A stretch of DNA of 60,742 nt. Origin: a virus. The notes under the pieces were generated by a model. The model searched no databases and was not told the DNA's origin. It saw nothing but the letters and a program-made list of their open reading frames with translations. Both the position numbers and the translations under genes were made by a program. The stretch lies in the IMG/VR virus record IMGVR_UViG_3300037420_000416. One strand, given 5' to 3'. Below, one piece after another: positions 23,440 to 33,427 of the stretch. Within the stretch, counting starts at the first letter, position 1. Each line of letters opens with the position of its first letter.

Positions 23440-24758
23440 TGGAACTGAGCCTCGTAACAAAGCGTGAACTCGCTCGCTGGTACAAGCTTGTCGATCACCC
23501 GGTGCAGACTGCTTTGGTGCATGCGGTAAGCAATGGCGTGCGCTTCCCGGTTGTCCCGGCAGGTCGACGTTCCGGCAAGACCGAACGGGCAAAGCGCTTC
23601 ATTGCCAAGACGGCGATGCGGAATGCTGGCGAACGGTACTTTATCGCCGCGCCGACCCGCGACCAGGTCAAGAAGATCTACTGGGCCGACATGAAGCTGT
23701 TGTGCCTGACGAGCTTGCATAGCAAGCCGCCGTCCGAAACCGAGCTGATCATCTACCTGGACAACGGAACCGAAGTGCACCTGATCGGCCTGGATCGCCC
23801 AGAGCGGATCGAGGGCATTCTGTGGTCAGGCGGCGTGATTGACGAGATCGCGGACATCAAGGCCGAAGCGTGGGAGGCAAACATTCGCCCCGCGTTGGAC
23901 ACGTTCAATCCGTCGCGTCCGAACTACCGGGCCTGGTGCTGGCTGATCGGCGTGCCCGATGGCCTGAACCACTACTACGACATGGCGCAGTACGCCGAGA
24001 CTGCGAACGATCCGGACTGGCAGTGCTTCCACTGGAAGAGTGCGGAGATTCTGCCGGCCGATACGATCGCCGCGGCAAAGCGCCAGATGTCGGCCAAGCA
24101 GTACAAGCAGGAATACGAGGCCAGTTTCGAGGGCGCTACCGGGCGCATCTACGAGGACTACAGCAAGGACAACCACACCGACGCGCGGATTGAGCCGCAC
24201 GAGCAGCTGATGTGGATGCATGACCAGAACTTCACTCCGCTGTCGTCGGCTGTGGGTGTTCGGCGCGACAACGCTCTGTTCCTGCTGGACGAAATCGTGC
24301 TGACCAGCGCCGTGTCGAAGCAGTCAGCCATGGAGTTCGTCGATAAGTTCAAGGACCACGCGAACAAGCATGTGCTGATCTATGGCGATCCAGCAGGGCA
24401 GGCCGGCGAGAAGCATGGCCACGCATCCGACTACACCGACATCGAGGGCGTGCTCAAGGCACACGGTTGGAAGTACACGCGGAAGGTCAAGCCTGCGCAT
24501 CCAGCTATCAAGGACCGCCAGAACGCTGTGCGCGCCAAGATCTGCACGGCCGATGGTCATCGATCGCTGTTCGTGAATCCAGTGACGGCCAAGTGGTGCG
24601 ACAAGGGCTTGGCGACGGTGCAACTGCAGGAAGGGTCGACCTTTCAGGAAGACCAGAAGAACAAGTATCAACACATCACGACCGCGATTGGCTACTGCGT
24701 CGACGTCGAGTGGCCGAGCATCAAACGCGTCGCAACCATCGCCCCGCTGCGAATGTAA
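23439..24758 (+). CDS. terL: Terminase large subunit (439 aa)
   Basis: Track ORF. Walker A-like PAGRRSGKTERAK. Size and position (between terS and portal) fit. Confidence 0.8.
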   Translation: MELSLVTKRELARWYKLVDHPVQTALVHAVSNGVRFPVVPAGRRSGKTERAKRFIAKTAMRNAGERYFIAAPTRDQVKKIYWADMKLLCLTSLHSKPPSETELIIYLDNGTEVHLIGLDRPERIEGILWSGGVIDEIADIKAEAWEANIRPALDTFNPSRPNYRAWCWLIGVPDGLNHYYDMAQYAETANDPDWQCFHWKSAEILPADTIAAAKRQMSAKQYKQEYEASFEGATGRIYEDYSKDNHTDARIEPHEQLMWMHDQNFTPLSSAVGVRRDNALFLLDEIVLTSAVSKQSAMEFVDKFKDHANKHVLIYGDPAGQAGEKHGHASDYTDIEGVLKAHGWKYTRKVKPAHPAIKDRQNAVRAKICTADGHRSLFVNPVTAKWCDKGLATVQLQEGSTFQEDQKNKYQHITTAIGYCVDVEWPSIKRVATIAPLRM

Positions 24759-24767
24759 AAGGAAATC

Positions 24768-26144
24768 ATGAGCGACGTCAGCACAAAAACCGATTCCGTC
24801 ACGGCGATGGAGCCAGACTGGAACTTGGCACGTGCGCTGCTCGGCGGAACCCGTGCGATGCGCGCGGCCGGCAAGCAATACCTGCCGAAGTGGCCGAACG
24901 AAGACGATGATGCGTACGCTTGCCGCCTTGCTTCCGCTGTGCTGTTTCCGGCCTATAAGCGCACGGTCGACACGCTGAGCGGCAAGCCGTTTGCGGAACC
25001 GATCACGCTGGGCGACGACGTACCGGCCAACATCGCCGAATGGACGCAGGATATCGATCTTCGTGGTCGGAACCTCAGTGCGTTCGCTGCTGACCTGCTC
25101 GAATCCGCGCTCGGCTACGGTATCTGCGGCATCCTCGTCGATTACCCGACGACAACGGGCGAAGATGGCCGGTTGCTGTACCCCACGCGCGCTGCGGAAA
25201 TAACTGCAGGCGTGCGCCCGTACTTCATCCAGATCCATCCCTGGCAAGTGCTGGGGTGGCGCGACGAGTACGTTGGAGGTGTGTGGCGCCTGACGCAGTT
25301 GCGCTTGCTGGAGTGCGTCGACGAGCCTGACGGTGACTACGGTGTCAAGTCGGTCGATCAGGTGCGCGTGCTCACGCCGGGCGCCTGGGAAATCCACCGC
25401 CAGAACGAGAAAAAGGAATGGGTGCTCTACGACAAAGGTGCGACCAGCCTTGACATCATTCCGTATGTGCCAGTCTACGGCCAGCGCGTAAGTTTCATGG
25501 TCGGCCGGCCGCCGCTGATCGAGGTCGCTAATCTCAACGTAGCACATTGGGCCTGCGCCAGCGATCAGCAAACAATTTTGCACATGGCGCGCGTGCCGAT
25601 CCTGGCTGTTATCGGCGTCGACGACAACTTCGAGATGACCGTCGGCGCCGCAAGCGCGGTCAAGATTCCGACTGGCGGTGACATGAAGTGGGTCGAGCAC
25701 TCGGGCAGGGCAATCGAGGCTGGGGCCAACGAACTGGAATCCATCGAAGAGCGCATGCGCCAAGCCGGCGCGGAACTGCTAGTGCTTCGCCCTGGTGCGA
25801 TCACGGCGACGCAGACCGCGACCGAGAACGAGGCCGGAACGAGCGCGCTGCATCGGATCGCCGGCAATCTGGAAGATGCGCTCGATCAGGCGTTGCAGAT
25901 CGCTGCCCTGTGGGTTGGCGAGAAGACGGGCGGTCACGTCGCGCTGTTCAAGGACTATGGGGTAGCGTCGGTGTCCGATGCATCCACGCAGACCCTGTTG
26001 GATGCTGCCAAGGCACGCAAGATCAGTGATCGGACGTATTTCGCCGAAATGCAGCGCCGCGGCATCGTGTCGCCGGATCTCGACTGGGAGACTGAGAAAA
26101 CGCTGATTGACGCGCAACCTCAGCCCTCTCCGGCGCCGCAATGA
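24768..26144 (+). CDS. Portal protein (458 aa)
   Basis: Track ORF with AAGGAA upstream. It follows terL and has portal-like size. The assignment is mainly by synteny. Confidence 0.7.
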   Translation: MSDVSTKTDSVTAMEPDWNLARALLGGTRAMRAAGKQYLPKWPNEDDDAYACRLASAVLFPAYKRTVDTLSGKPFAEPITLGDDVPANIAEWTQDIDLRGRNLSAFAADLLESALGYGICGILVDYPTTTGEDGRLLYPTRAAEITAGVRPYFIQIHPWQVLGWRDEYVGGVWRLTQLRLLECVDEPDGDYGVKSVDQVRVLTPGAWEIHRQNEKKEWVLYDKGATSLDIIPYVPVYGQRVSFMVGRPPLIEVANLNVAHWACASDQQTILHMARVPILAVIGVDDNFEMTVGAASAVKIPTGGDMKWVEHSGRAIEAGANELESIEERMRQAGAELLVLRPGAITATQTATENEAGTSALHRIAGNLEDALDQALQIAALWVGEKTGGHVALFKDYGVASVSDASTQTLLDAAKARKISDRTYFAEMQRRGIVSPDLDWETEKTLIDAQPQPSPAPQ

Positions 26145-26178
26145 TCAGCCTGTTGCGCCAAGTAGTAACCTGAACACC

Positions 26179-26211
26179 AAGGCCTCGCGCGAAAGCCCGG
26201 GGCCTTTTCTT
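26179..26211 (+). terminator. Hairpin/terminator after the portal gene
   Basis: AAGGCC...GGCCTT stem with inner pairs, followed by TTCTT. Confidence 0.45.
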
Positions 26212-26284
26212 GCCGCTAGCGGAAGCGATGCGGTGCACGGCCAGGAAGGCCACCTTGATGGGCGGATGCCCGGGAAGTTAGACA

Positions 26285-27094
26285 ATGCCATTCAAATTTA
26301 ATGCTGACGGCACCATTGCAGTGGATGCCGAAAAGAAGTTGCCGATTTTCGTTTATGGCGACGGCCGCGAAGCGCCGTTTGATGCCGACACTACGATCGC
26401 GACGATTGGCCGCCTCAATGGCGAGGCCAAGTCGCATCGCGAGGCCAAGGAAGCGGCTGAGGCAAAACTGAAAGGCTTCGAAGGCATCGAGAACGCCGAG
26501 GACGCGCGCAAGGCGCTGGAAACGATCAAGAACCTGAATGCCGGTGAGCTCAAGACCGCCGCCCAGGTGCAGGAAATCAAGGACGCCGCCGCTCGCAGCG
26601 CACAGGAGCAGGTCGCTGCCGCAGCGAAGGCGAGCGCAACGCAGATTCAGGAACTGACCGCCACGCTGGAGAAGCGCACGTCCGAACTGAACGGCCACAT
26701 GATCGGTAGCGGCTTCGCCAATTCCAAGCTGCTGACCGACGACAAACACCCGCTGCGCCTGGCAATCCCCGGCGAAATGGCGCGCGCATATTTCGGCGCG
26801 AATTTCCGCGTGGAAGACGGCAAGACGGTGGGCTACGACGCCGCTGGCAACAAGATTTATTCGGCCGCGCGCCCCGGAGAACTCGCCGATTTCGATGAGG
26901 CGCTCGATCACCTCGTGCGCGCCTGCCCGTTCAAGGACCAGATCCTCAAGGGCACCGGCGCATCGGGCGGCGGTGCAGGTCAGAGCAAGACCGGCGCAGG
27001 CGGCGACAAGCAAATCAACCGCAAGCAGTTCGAATCCATGAACCCGACCGATCGCGCCGCGGCAGTGAAGGCCGGCATGACCGTCGTGGACTAA
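26285..27094 (+). CDS. Scaffolding protein (269 aa)
   Basis: Track ORF between the portal and coat genes. It has a long Ala/Glu/Lys coiled-coil centre. Confidence 0.55.
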   Translation: MPFKFNADGTIAVDAEKKLPIFVYGDGREAPFDADTTIATIGRLNGEAKSHREAKEAAEAKLKGFEGIENAEDARKALETIKNLNAGELKTAAQVQEIKDAAARSAQEQVAAAAKASATQIQELTATLEKRTSELNGHMIGSGFANSKLLTDDKHPLRLAIPGEMARAYFGANFRVEDGKTVGYDAAGNKIYSAARPGELADFDEALDHLVRACPFKDQILKGTGASGGGAGQSKTGAGGDKQINRKQFESMNPTDRAAAVKAGMTVVD

Positions 27095-27217
27095 GCATTA
27101 CCGACCGATAGGACGGGCAGTATCAGTTTCGCCATGCCAAACCCTGGATGGGGGAATTGGCGTATGGGCTGGATGGCCTGTGCAGTTATTCAACTCTTAC
27201 TTCGATTTTCCAAATGG

Positions 27218-27238
27218 CCCGCCTTGAGCGGGTTTTTT
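27218..27238 (+). terminator. Rho-independent terminator/attenuator between the scaffold and coat genes
   Basis: CCCGC-cttga-GCGGG followed by TTTTTT. Confidence 0.65.
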
Positions 27239-27257
27239 ATTCCCTGAAAGGTACAAC

Positions 27258-28427
27258 ATGGGCGCACTTACTCTCACTGGCCTGATCCCGACCATCTACG
27301 AAGCGATGGACGTCGTGTCCCGCGAAAAGGTCGGCTTCATCAACGCCGTTTCGCAAGACTTCAGCGCCGAGCGCGCTGCTCTGAACCAGACCGTGCGTTC
27401 GCCGGTCGTGGGCACGATGGCGGCTGAAGACCTGGCCGCGGCTGCATACGCTGCCGACACGCCGAGCCAGACCATCAACTACGTCGACATGTCGATCACG
27501 AAGGCGCGCTCGGTCCCGTTCGGCATCACCGGCGAGGAAACCAAGAGCCTGCAAAGCGCCGGCACGCTGCAGCAAGTCAACCGCGACCGCATCGCGCAAG
27601 CGCTGCGCACGCTGACCAACGAGATGGAAGTGGACCTGTATCAGGAGGTCTACAAATCGGCTAGCCGTGCTTACGGCACGGCCGGCACGACCCCGTTCGG
27701 CACCGCCGGCGACTTCTCGGACTTCGCTGGCGCCCACGAGATTCTCGACGAGAACGGCGCACCGGATGCCGACCGTCACCTGATCCTGGGCTCGACCGCG
27801 ATCCGCAACATCCGCGGCAAGCAGTCGGTCCTGTTCAAGGCGAACGAAGCTGGCACCGAAGATCTGCTGCGTCGCGGCATCATCGGCCAGGTTGAAGGTC
27901 TGGACGTTCACCAGTCGGCAGCCATCAAGAGCACCGTCACCGCTGGCACCGGCGCTTCGGCAACCACGAACACCGCAGGCTATGCCGTCGGCGCAACCAC
28001 GATCACGCTGGCATCGGCCGGCACCGGTACGATCATCGCCGGCGACTTCGTGTCGTTCGCCGGCGACAGCCGCAAGTATCTGGTGACTTCGGGTGACGCT
28101 GACGTGTCCAATGGCGGCACCTTCACCATCGCCGAACCGGGCCTGCTGCAAGCCATCCCGGCGTCGGCAACCGCCATCACCGTGGTCGCGACCGCTACCC
28201 GCAACATCGTCCTGCAGCGTTCGGCCATCCAGCTCGCCACCCGCGCGCCGGCCATGCCGGAAGGCGGCGACGACGCTGACGACGTGATGATGGTTACCGA
28301 TCCGGTGTCGGGCATCACGTACGAGTTCGCGATCTACAAGCAGAAGCGCCAGGTGCGTTACGAGGTCAACCTCGCGTGGGGCAAGAAGCTGATCGCCCCG
28401 CGTCACACCGGCATCCTGCTGGGCTAA
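27258..28427 (+). CDS. Major capsid protein (389 aa, P22-coat-like by recollection)
   Basis: Track ORF. Position after the scaffold gene, size and even composition fit. N-terminus MGALTLTGLIPTIYEAMDVVSREKVGFINAV... Confidence 0.75.
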   Translation: MGALTLTGLIPTIYEAMDVVSREKVGFINAVSQDFSAERAALNQTVRSPVVGTMAAEDLAAAAYAADTPSQTINYVDMSITKARSVPFGITGEETKSLQSAGTLQQVNRDRIAQALRTLTNEMEVDLYQEVYKSASRAYGTAGTTPFGTAGDFSDFAGAHEILDENGAPDADRHLILGSTAIRNIRGKQSVLFKANEAGTEDLLRRGIIGQVEGLDVHQSAAIKSTVTAGTGASATTNTAGYAVGATTITLASAGTGTIIAGDFVSFAGDSRKYLVTSGDADVSNGGTFTIAEPGLLQAIPASATAITVVATATRNIVLQRSAIQLATRAPAMPEGGDDADDVMMVTDPVSGITYEFAIYKQKRQVRYEVNLAWGKKLIAPRHTGILLG

Positions 28428-28480
28428 TCGCAAACCCGGCCCGATGGCGTTCGCGTCATCGGGCCATGCAAGGACACTGC

Positions 28481-28660
28481 ATGGACACCATCAAGATCAA
28501 ACCATGGCACGAGTCGCAAGGCGATCACGTCGTGATCAATAAAGCCGATTTCGACCCGGACAAGCACGAATTGCTGGGCGGTGAAACCGAGGCTCCGGTC
28601 GGCGTTGAAGCGTCGGACGATACGCCTGCGCGCCGCGGCCGCAAGCCGAAGGCTGAATAA
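28481..28660 (+). CDS. Small virion-module protein (59 aa)
   Basis: In the frame of track ORF 28376..28660. ATG 28481 follows AAGGA. Confidence 0.45.
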   Translation: MDTIKIKPWHESQGDHVVINKADFDPDKHELLGGETEAPVGVEASDDTPARRGRKPKAE

Positions 28661-28669
28661 GGAATTGTC

Positions 28670-29062
28670 ATGCTCACCGACGCGCAAAAGGTCGATGTCC
28701 GTCGCTGGATGGGATATCCCACGCTGAACGCCGGCTTTCCCGACACGGTCTACTCGGTTTCTGGCGATCGCCTACAGCCGCCGCTGTCGATTACCCAAAA
28801 GGTAGAGAACCTGAGTGCAAGCGAAGAAACGGTGCTCGTCGACATCTACCTGACGCCGCTCGCGTCGCTTGAAGCCGCGATTCTGACCGTTGGCGACAAC
28901 CTCGATACGGACGCGGCAGCTGTCTGGAAGCGCAACGTCAACGAGCAGGTTGACCGCGAGCGCCTGTTCGACTCGGTGCGTCGCCGCATGTGCGCGTTCC
29001 TGGGCTTCAAGCCGGGGCCGGAACTGGGTGGCGGTAACGCAATTTCGCTGGTGCGCGCCTAG
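28670..29062 (+). CDS. Head completion/connector-module protein (130 aa)
   Basis: Track ORF; assigned by synteny only. Confidence 0.5.
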   Translation: MLTDAQKVDVRRWMGYPTLNAGFPDTVYSVSGDRLQPPLSITQKVENLSASEETVLVDIYLTPLASLEAAILTVGDNLDTDAAAVWKRNVNEQVDRERLFDSVRRRMCAFLGFKPGPELGGGNAISLVRA

Positions 29063-29595
29063 ATGTGCGTCCAGAGCATCCGCCGCCAAATTTGCGAAAC
29101 AGTCGTCGGCGAAATCTTGAATTGAGCGGCAATCGCGGATCCGCAGATGCAGGATGCATGAAGTTGGCGTATTTGCAGAACCTGATCCTCGGTAAGCTTA
29201 GAGCGCCCATGGCGCGATCCGAGAACTGGAGGTTTAAGTCCAGACTGGATGGCATGGTCATTGTTTTGCGCGCGCGAGCACCACTCAAGGTTGTCTGGGC
29301 GTGAATTGGTCTTATCCCCGTCTTTATGGTTGATTTCGGGCAGGTTGTCCGGATTGGGGATGAAGGTTTTGGCGACCAGTCTGTGGACGACATAGCTTTT
29401 CACCTCGCCATCCAAGGACAGGCTGACCACGGGGTAGCGTCGTCCGGTAAGTTGCGGAACCAATATTCGGCCGAACATTCTCCGAAGCGCCTTGCCGGAT
29501 CGAGAAAGCCTGTCCTTTGATCGAATTCGCCCATGACTGGACGCCTCGTAAAAGCCGTTAAAGCCAGGGATTGGCATCCAGATTTCTTCGGTCAT
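29059..29595 (-). CDS. HNH homing endonuclease (NUMOD4-like N-terminus, HNH core, C-terminal HTH), 178 aa
   Basis: Track ORF. WMPIPGFNGFYEASSHGRIRS, INHKDGDKTNSRPDNLEWCSRAQN and ISPTTVSQIW are the recognisable blocks. It sits on the opposite strand inside the head-tail module, in more AT-rich DNA. Confidence 0.85.
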   Translation of the reverse strand: MTEEIWMPIPGFNGFYEASSHGRIRSKDRLSRSGKALRRMFGRILVPQLTGRRYPVVSLSLDGEVKSYVVHRLVAKTFIPNPDNLPEINHKDGDKTNSRPDNLEWCSRAQNNDHAIQSGLKPPVLGSRHGRSKLTEDQVLQIRQLHASCICGSAIAAQFKISPTTVSQIWRRMLWTHI

Positions 29596-29759
29596 TTTGG
29601 CTCCTTTGCTCGGTCGATTGCCTTGCGCAGCCAGTCGGCGCCAAGGCGCTTGAACTTGGCGTGCTGCTCCGGCGTAACACGGATGGTGAGGATGATTGAA
29701 GGCGATCCATCCTTTAACGGTGGACGGCCTTCACGCTTGGGTCTTGGTGGCTTTTCCAT
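29592..29759 (-). CDS. Small RHH-like protein co-transcribed with the HNH gene (55 aa)
   Basis: Track ORF 29592..29789 with ATG 29759; the start is uncertain. GRPPLKDGSPSIILTIRVTPEQHAKFKRLGADWLRKAIDRA. Confidence 0.5.
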   Translation of the reverse strand: MEKPPRPKREGRPPLKDGSPSIILTIRVTPEQHAKFKRLGADWLRKAIDRAKEPK

Positions 29760-29766
29760 ACTTGTA

Positions 29767-29814
29767 TGGTAATACGAAAATGCTCGCACACGTCGCTAGT
29801 TTGGTAATACGAAA
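29767..29814. repeat. Two 13-bp direct repeats TGGTAATACGAAA (29767-29779 and 29802-29814)
   Basis: Read directly. They lie in the 70-bp divergent spacer upstream of the RHH/HNH unit and are a candidate operator pair. Confidence 0.7.
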
Positions 29815-29829
29815 CAAGAGGAAGTTAGC

Positions 29830-30444
29830 ATGATGACCGGCGAACGCCTGCAAGCACTTCTCTACGCCAAATATCCCAAGCTCGCCGCGCGTCAGGGCTT
29901 CATGTACGACGTCTACCGCTTCGACGAGCCGATCGCCGTCACCGATGATCTGAACAAGATCGCGCGCATCCCGGTCGCGCTGGCCGCCGAGAAGAAGTTC
30001 GCGATCCCGAACAAGTACCAAACCCCGACGTGGTATTGCTACGCCGATGGGCGCTTGCTCCAGCCGCGCGACATCCTGATCGGGCCGGCAGGCACGTTCT
30101 ACATCGGCGACATGCAGCCGAACCTGCCGATCCAGGCGGTCGAGACGAACCACGTGATTGCGATTGGCCGCGGCTCGTACGACGGCGGCGACCAGTCGAT
30201 CGAGTTCTACGCCACGGGCATCCCGTGCTTCATGCAGTTCAAGCGCGAGGACATCAAGCAGTCGCAGTACGCGACCACGATGGGGCAGGCGATCACGCAC
30301 TGGACCACGTTCATTCCGCTGCCCGAGGGCACGCTGAAGCAGGACGACGTCGTGCAGGACGAGAACGGCATCCGATACATCGTCGACGCACCGGATTTCA
30401 CCAGCATCGGCTACGTCGCGCACTTGAGGTTGATCACGATATGA
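29830..30444 (+). CDS. Virion-module protein (204 aa)
   Basis: Track ORF with GAGGAAG upstream. Confidence 0.6.
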   Translation: MMTGERLQALLYAKYPKLAARQGFMYDVYRFDEPIAVTDDLNKIARIPVALAAEKKFAIPNKYQTPTWYCYADGRLLQPRDILIGPAGTFYIGDMQPNLPIQAVETNHVIAIGRGSYDGGDQSIEFYATGIPCFMQFKREDIKQSQYATTMGQAITHWTTFIPLPEGTLKQDDVVQDENGIRYIVDAPDFTSIGYVAHLRLITI

Positions 30445-30896
30445 CGATGACCATCGATCTGGCATCCGCGCTTGCGGGGCTGAACCGCCTCGCGATGCTC
30501 AACATGTCGCCCTGGCTGGAATCCGTCGGCAGCGGAATGCAAAAGGAAGTGCAGAACAGAATCCGCAAGGCGAAAGAGTCGCCGGGCGGCGAAGCGTGGG
30601 CGCCATGGATGCCGAGAACGCGACAGTACCGCGAGCACAAGGGAAATTCCGGCCAAGGACTGCTGTGGGACGAGGGAACCTTGCTCAATTCCGTCAGTTT
30701 TGCGGTCGATGATGGTGCGCAAGGGGATCTGTTCGGAGCAAAGGGCGGGGTTGTGATCGGCACCGATGTCGCCTATGCCGGCTACCTGCAGGACGGCACC
30801 GAGCGCATGGCCGCGCGCCCGTTCATCGGGTGGTCCGATGCCGAAGCCGCAGAACTGGAGTTCTCAGCCGTCCGGTTCATCGAGGCGCTTCTGTGA
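30441..30896 (+). CDS. Virion morphogenesis / HK97 gp10-like head-tail joining protein (151 aa)
   Basis: In the frame of track ORF 30030..30896, with ATG 30441. SPGGEAWAPW...LLWDEGTLLNSVSF...VIGTDVAYAGYLQDGTERMAARPFIGWS. Confidence 0.55.
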   Translation: MTMTIDLASALAGLNRLAMLNMSPWLESVGSGMQKEVQNRIRKAKESPGGEAWAPWMPRTRQYREHKGNSGQGLLWDEGTLLNSVSFAVDDGAQGDLFGAKGGVVIGTDVAYAGYLQDGTERMAARPFIGWSDAEAAELEFSAVRFIEALL

Positions 30897-30923
30897 AGAC
30901 GGCGCTGGAAAGGAATTCCAAGA

Positions 30924-31373
30924 ATGATCTCTGAAAACGCCGCCGACCTCGTTGCGCGCGTGTCGTCCGTCGCGGGTTTCGAAGGGCGCGCTGGTCTCGC
31001 GATTGGTGGCCGCGGCGCCGACCCGGCGATGACCAAGATTCCCCTGCCTGCCGCCTGGATCATGTTCGGCAAGGACCAGGTTGACGAGAGCCCGTACGGT
31101 TCGTCGCAATCGGGTGGGCGTGGCGGATTGATCCCGAATGGGGAAAACGTGCAGCAGGTCTTCAGCGTGGTGATCTACGTGCCGTACCTGAGCCAGGACG
31201 ACCTGATCTCGACCCAATTTCCGCTGCTCGAAGCCGTGATCGCAGCAGTCCGCGACAACGGCCGCGAGGCGCCAAGCGGCAACCGCTGGCGATACATCGG
31301 GCAGAAGCTCGCGATGGTCTATCCGGACCGTCTCGCCTACGAACAGCACTACACGCTCGACGCTTTCATGTAG
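30924..31373 (+). CDS. Tail/neck-module protein (149 aa)
   Basis: Track ORF; assigned by synteny only. Confidence 0.5.
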   Translation: MISENAADLVARVSSVAGFEGRAGLAIGGRGADPAMTKIPLPAAWIMFGKDQVDESPYGSSQSGGRGGLIPNGENVQQVFSVVIYVPYLSQDDLISTQFPLLEAVIAAVRDNGREAPSGNRWRYIGQKLAMVYPDRLAYEQHYTLDAFM

Positions 31374-31420
31374 CAGTAACCCGCCCGCGGTGAGCGGGAT
31401 TCTCTCAACAAGGAAATATT

Positions 31421-32209
31421 ATGCCCCTCATCAGCAATAGCGACCTTCAGGCCATCGGCGACAAGCTCGCGCGCTTCGCCGCCACATCGGTGGGCGACCC
31501 GAACTTCGACGACGCTTTCACTGCCGGCCTCGACGCTGCCAGCAATGCAGTCCTGTCGGGCTCGAACAGCATCGCGCAATACCTGCTCGACTCCAACGAC
31601 GAAGCCGTGACAGCCGACCTGCTGCCCGCCGCGCGCGACCTGGACGAGTCGCACCCGGTGATGCCGACCGGCTTCCTGCTCGGCATTCCGGGCATCAGCG
31701 CGATGATCAAGGCGCTGGACACACACGTGAAGCGCTACGCCGGCGCCGCCAACTTGGACGCCTACCTGTCGACGCTGAATGCTTCCAGCCCGACGCTGCG
31801 CTTTCACGCCGCGTTCACCGATCACCTCAAGGCGCTGTCGGCCAAGAACGTGTTCATCGGCGCCGACCTCGATATCGCCCGCGTGAACGTTACCGGCGCC
31901 ACGACCGGCACATACACGCACCTGGCCGCGATCGACAAAACCAAATATAGCGGCGCCAAGCTGGTCGCCAAGAACGTCGGCGCACTGACCGCGACGACCG
32001 CGCTGTCGATCACCGGCAAGAAGTTCGACGGCACGACCGCCACGCTGACGGTGTCGATCTCGACGCTGACCGACGCACACGAGACGAACCTGTCCGATAC
32101 CACAAAGGTCTTCGTCGACGTGACCGGCATCACGGTGACGTCGGGCGGCACCTCGGGCAACGTGATCAAGATCGTCGCCAAAACGGACCGCGATATCTCG
32201 GCCGCCTAA
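31421..32209 (+). CDS. Virion structural protein (262 aa)
   Basis: Track ORF with AAGGAA upstream; assigned by synteny only. Confidence 0.55.
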   Translation: MPLISNSDLQAIGDKLARFAATSVGDPNFDDAFTAGLDAASNAVLSGSNSIAQYLLDSNDEAVTADLLPAARDLDESHPVMPTGFLLGIPGISAMIKALDTHVKRYAGAANLDAYLSTLNASSPTLRFHAAFTDHLKALSAKNVFIGADLDIARVNVTGATTGTYTHLAAIDKTKYSGAKLVAKNVGALTATTALSITGKKFDGTTATLTVSISTLTDAHETNLSDTTKVFVDVTGITVTSGGTSGNVIKIVAKTDRDISAA

Positions 32210-32236
32210 CCAACTCCCCTCGAAAGGTAAATCATC

Positions 32237-33004
32237 ATGGCATTTAGCGATAGCTCGTACGGTCTCTTTCAGGGCCAGTTGTTCATCCAGGAGCGTGCAT
32301 TCAACGGCGCGCCGCTCGGTGGCTTCGAATTCATCGGCGACACCGATATGTTCAGCATCGATCCGAAACAAAAATTCGAGGACATCAAGGAGTCGCAATC
32401 CGGCCTGGGCCTGACTGCAGCGCACATCCCGACCGAAACCGACGTCTCGGTCAAGCTGCGCACGCTGGACATCAAGATCGCCAACTGGATCCGCGCGACC
32501 TGGGGCGGCAGCGCCGGCGCAGTCGATGCCGATTCGGTATCTGGCGAATCGATCGTGCTCTACAACGGCCTGATGACGCCGCTCGCGCACCCGGGTGTGT
32601 CGAACGTCGTCGTGTCCGGCGCCGTGTTGGGCACCGATTACACCGTCGATGCGGCGAATGGATCGATCACCGTGCTGGCTTCCTCCAGTGCGATTCCGGA
32701 TGGCTCGCCGCTGACCACTACCGTCAGCTACGACTACGCTGCGTATAACGGCAAGGTCGAAGCGTTCACCACCGGCCAGCGCTACTACACGCTGCGCCTG
32801 CACGGCCGCAACACGGCGCAGGGCAATCAGCCGGTGATCGTGACGTGCCACCAGGCCGCGCTCGACATGGCCAAGGCGTTCTCGCTGATCGAAAAGAAAC
32901 ACCAGACGTTCGAACTCGATGGAATGCTGCTGCAGGACACGACCAAGCCGCTGCCGCAGGCGGCGACGGATCTGAGCCAGTTCTTCACCATCCTGAAGGC
33001 GTAA
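32237..33004 (+). CDS. Major tail tube protein (255 aa)
   Basis: Track ORF. It lies directly upstream of the frameshifting chaperone pair and the tape measure gene. Confidence 0.6.
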   Translation: MAFSDSSYGLFQGQLFIQERAFNGAPLGGFEFIGDTDMFSIDPKQKFEDIKESQSGLGLTAAHIPTETDVSVKLRTLDIKIANWIRATWGGSAGAVDADSVSGESIVLYNGLMTPLAHPGVSNVVVSGAVLGTDYTVDAANGSITVLASSSAIPDGSPLTTTVSYDYAAYNGKVEAFTTGQRYYTLRLHGRNTAQGNQPVIVTCHQAALDMAKAFSLIEKKHQTFELDGMLLQDTTKPLPQAATDLSQFFTILKA

Positions 33005-33007
33005 AGC

Positions 33008-33427
33008 ATGAGCGAAGACCTGAAAGCCCTGTTCCCGGGGCAAGAGGTCGTCGCTGGCGGGGAGACGATCACCGTTTCCCCGTTCGTGTTCGGCCAGTTG
33101 CCCAAGGTGGCGAAGATTTTCGCCAAGATCAAGGACGTCATCGAGGGCGGCAATCTGATCGAGATCGCATCGGCCGGCGGCGAAGACCTCCTGCAGCTGC
33201 TGTGCCTGGCGGTGAATAAGCCGCGCGACTGGTTCGACACGCTACCATCCGACGAAGGCCTCGCGTTGATGGCGACGGTAATTAGCACGAATCGCGATTT
33301 TTTCGTCCAGCGGATGTCTCCCGTTCTGCAAAAGCTGACGCGAGCCGTGAGTGGGACTGGGGCGCCGTCGTCGCCCGCCTCATCCGCGCCGGCCATCGAT
33401 GGGGCGACATCCCCGGCTACACCCTAA
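33008..33427 (+). CDS. Tail assembly chaperone, short form (G-like, 139 aa)
   Basis: Track ORF between the tube and tape measure genes. Confidence 0.7.
   Translation: MSEDLKALFPGQEVVAGGETITVSPFVFGQLPKVAKIFAKIKDVIEGGNLIEIASAGGEDLLQLLCLAVNKPRDWFDTLPSDEGLALMATVISTNRDFFVQRMSPVLQKLTRAVSGTGAPSSPASSAPAIDGATSPATP

Noticed and set aside
27028-27037. GTTCGAATCC, a tRNA T-arm-like decamer
   Set aside because: It lies inside the scaffold gene in frame (QFESM). No acceptor, D or anticodon stems can be drawn around it, and no tRNA was found anywhere in the window.
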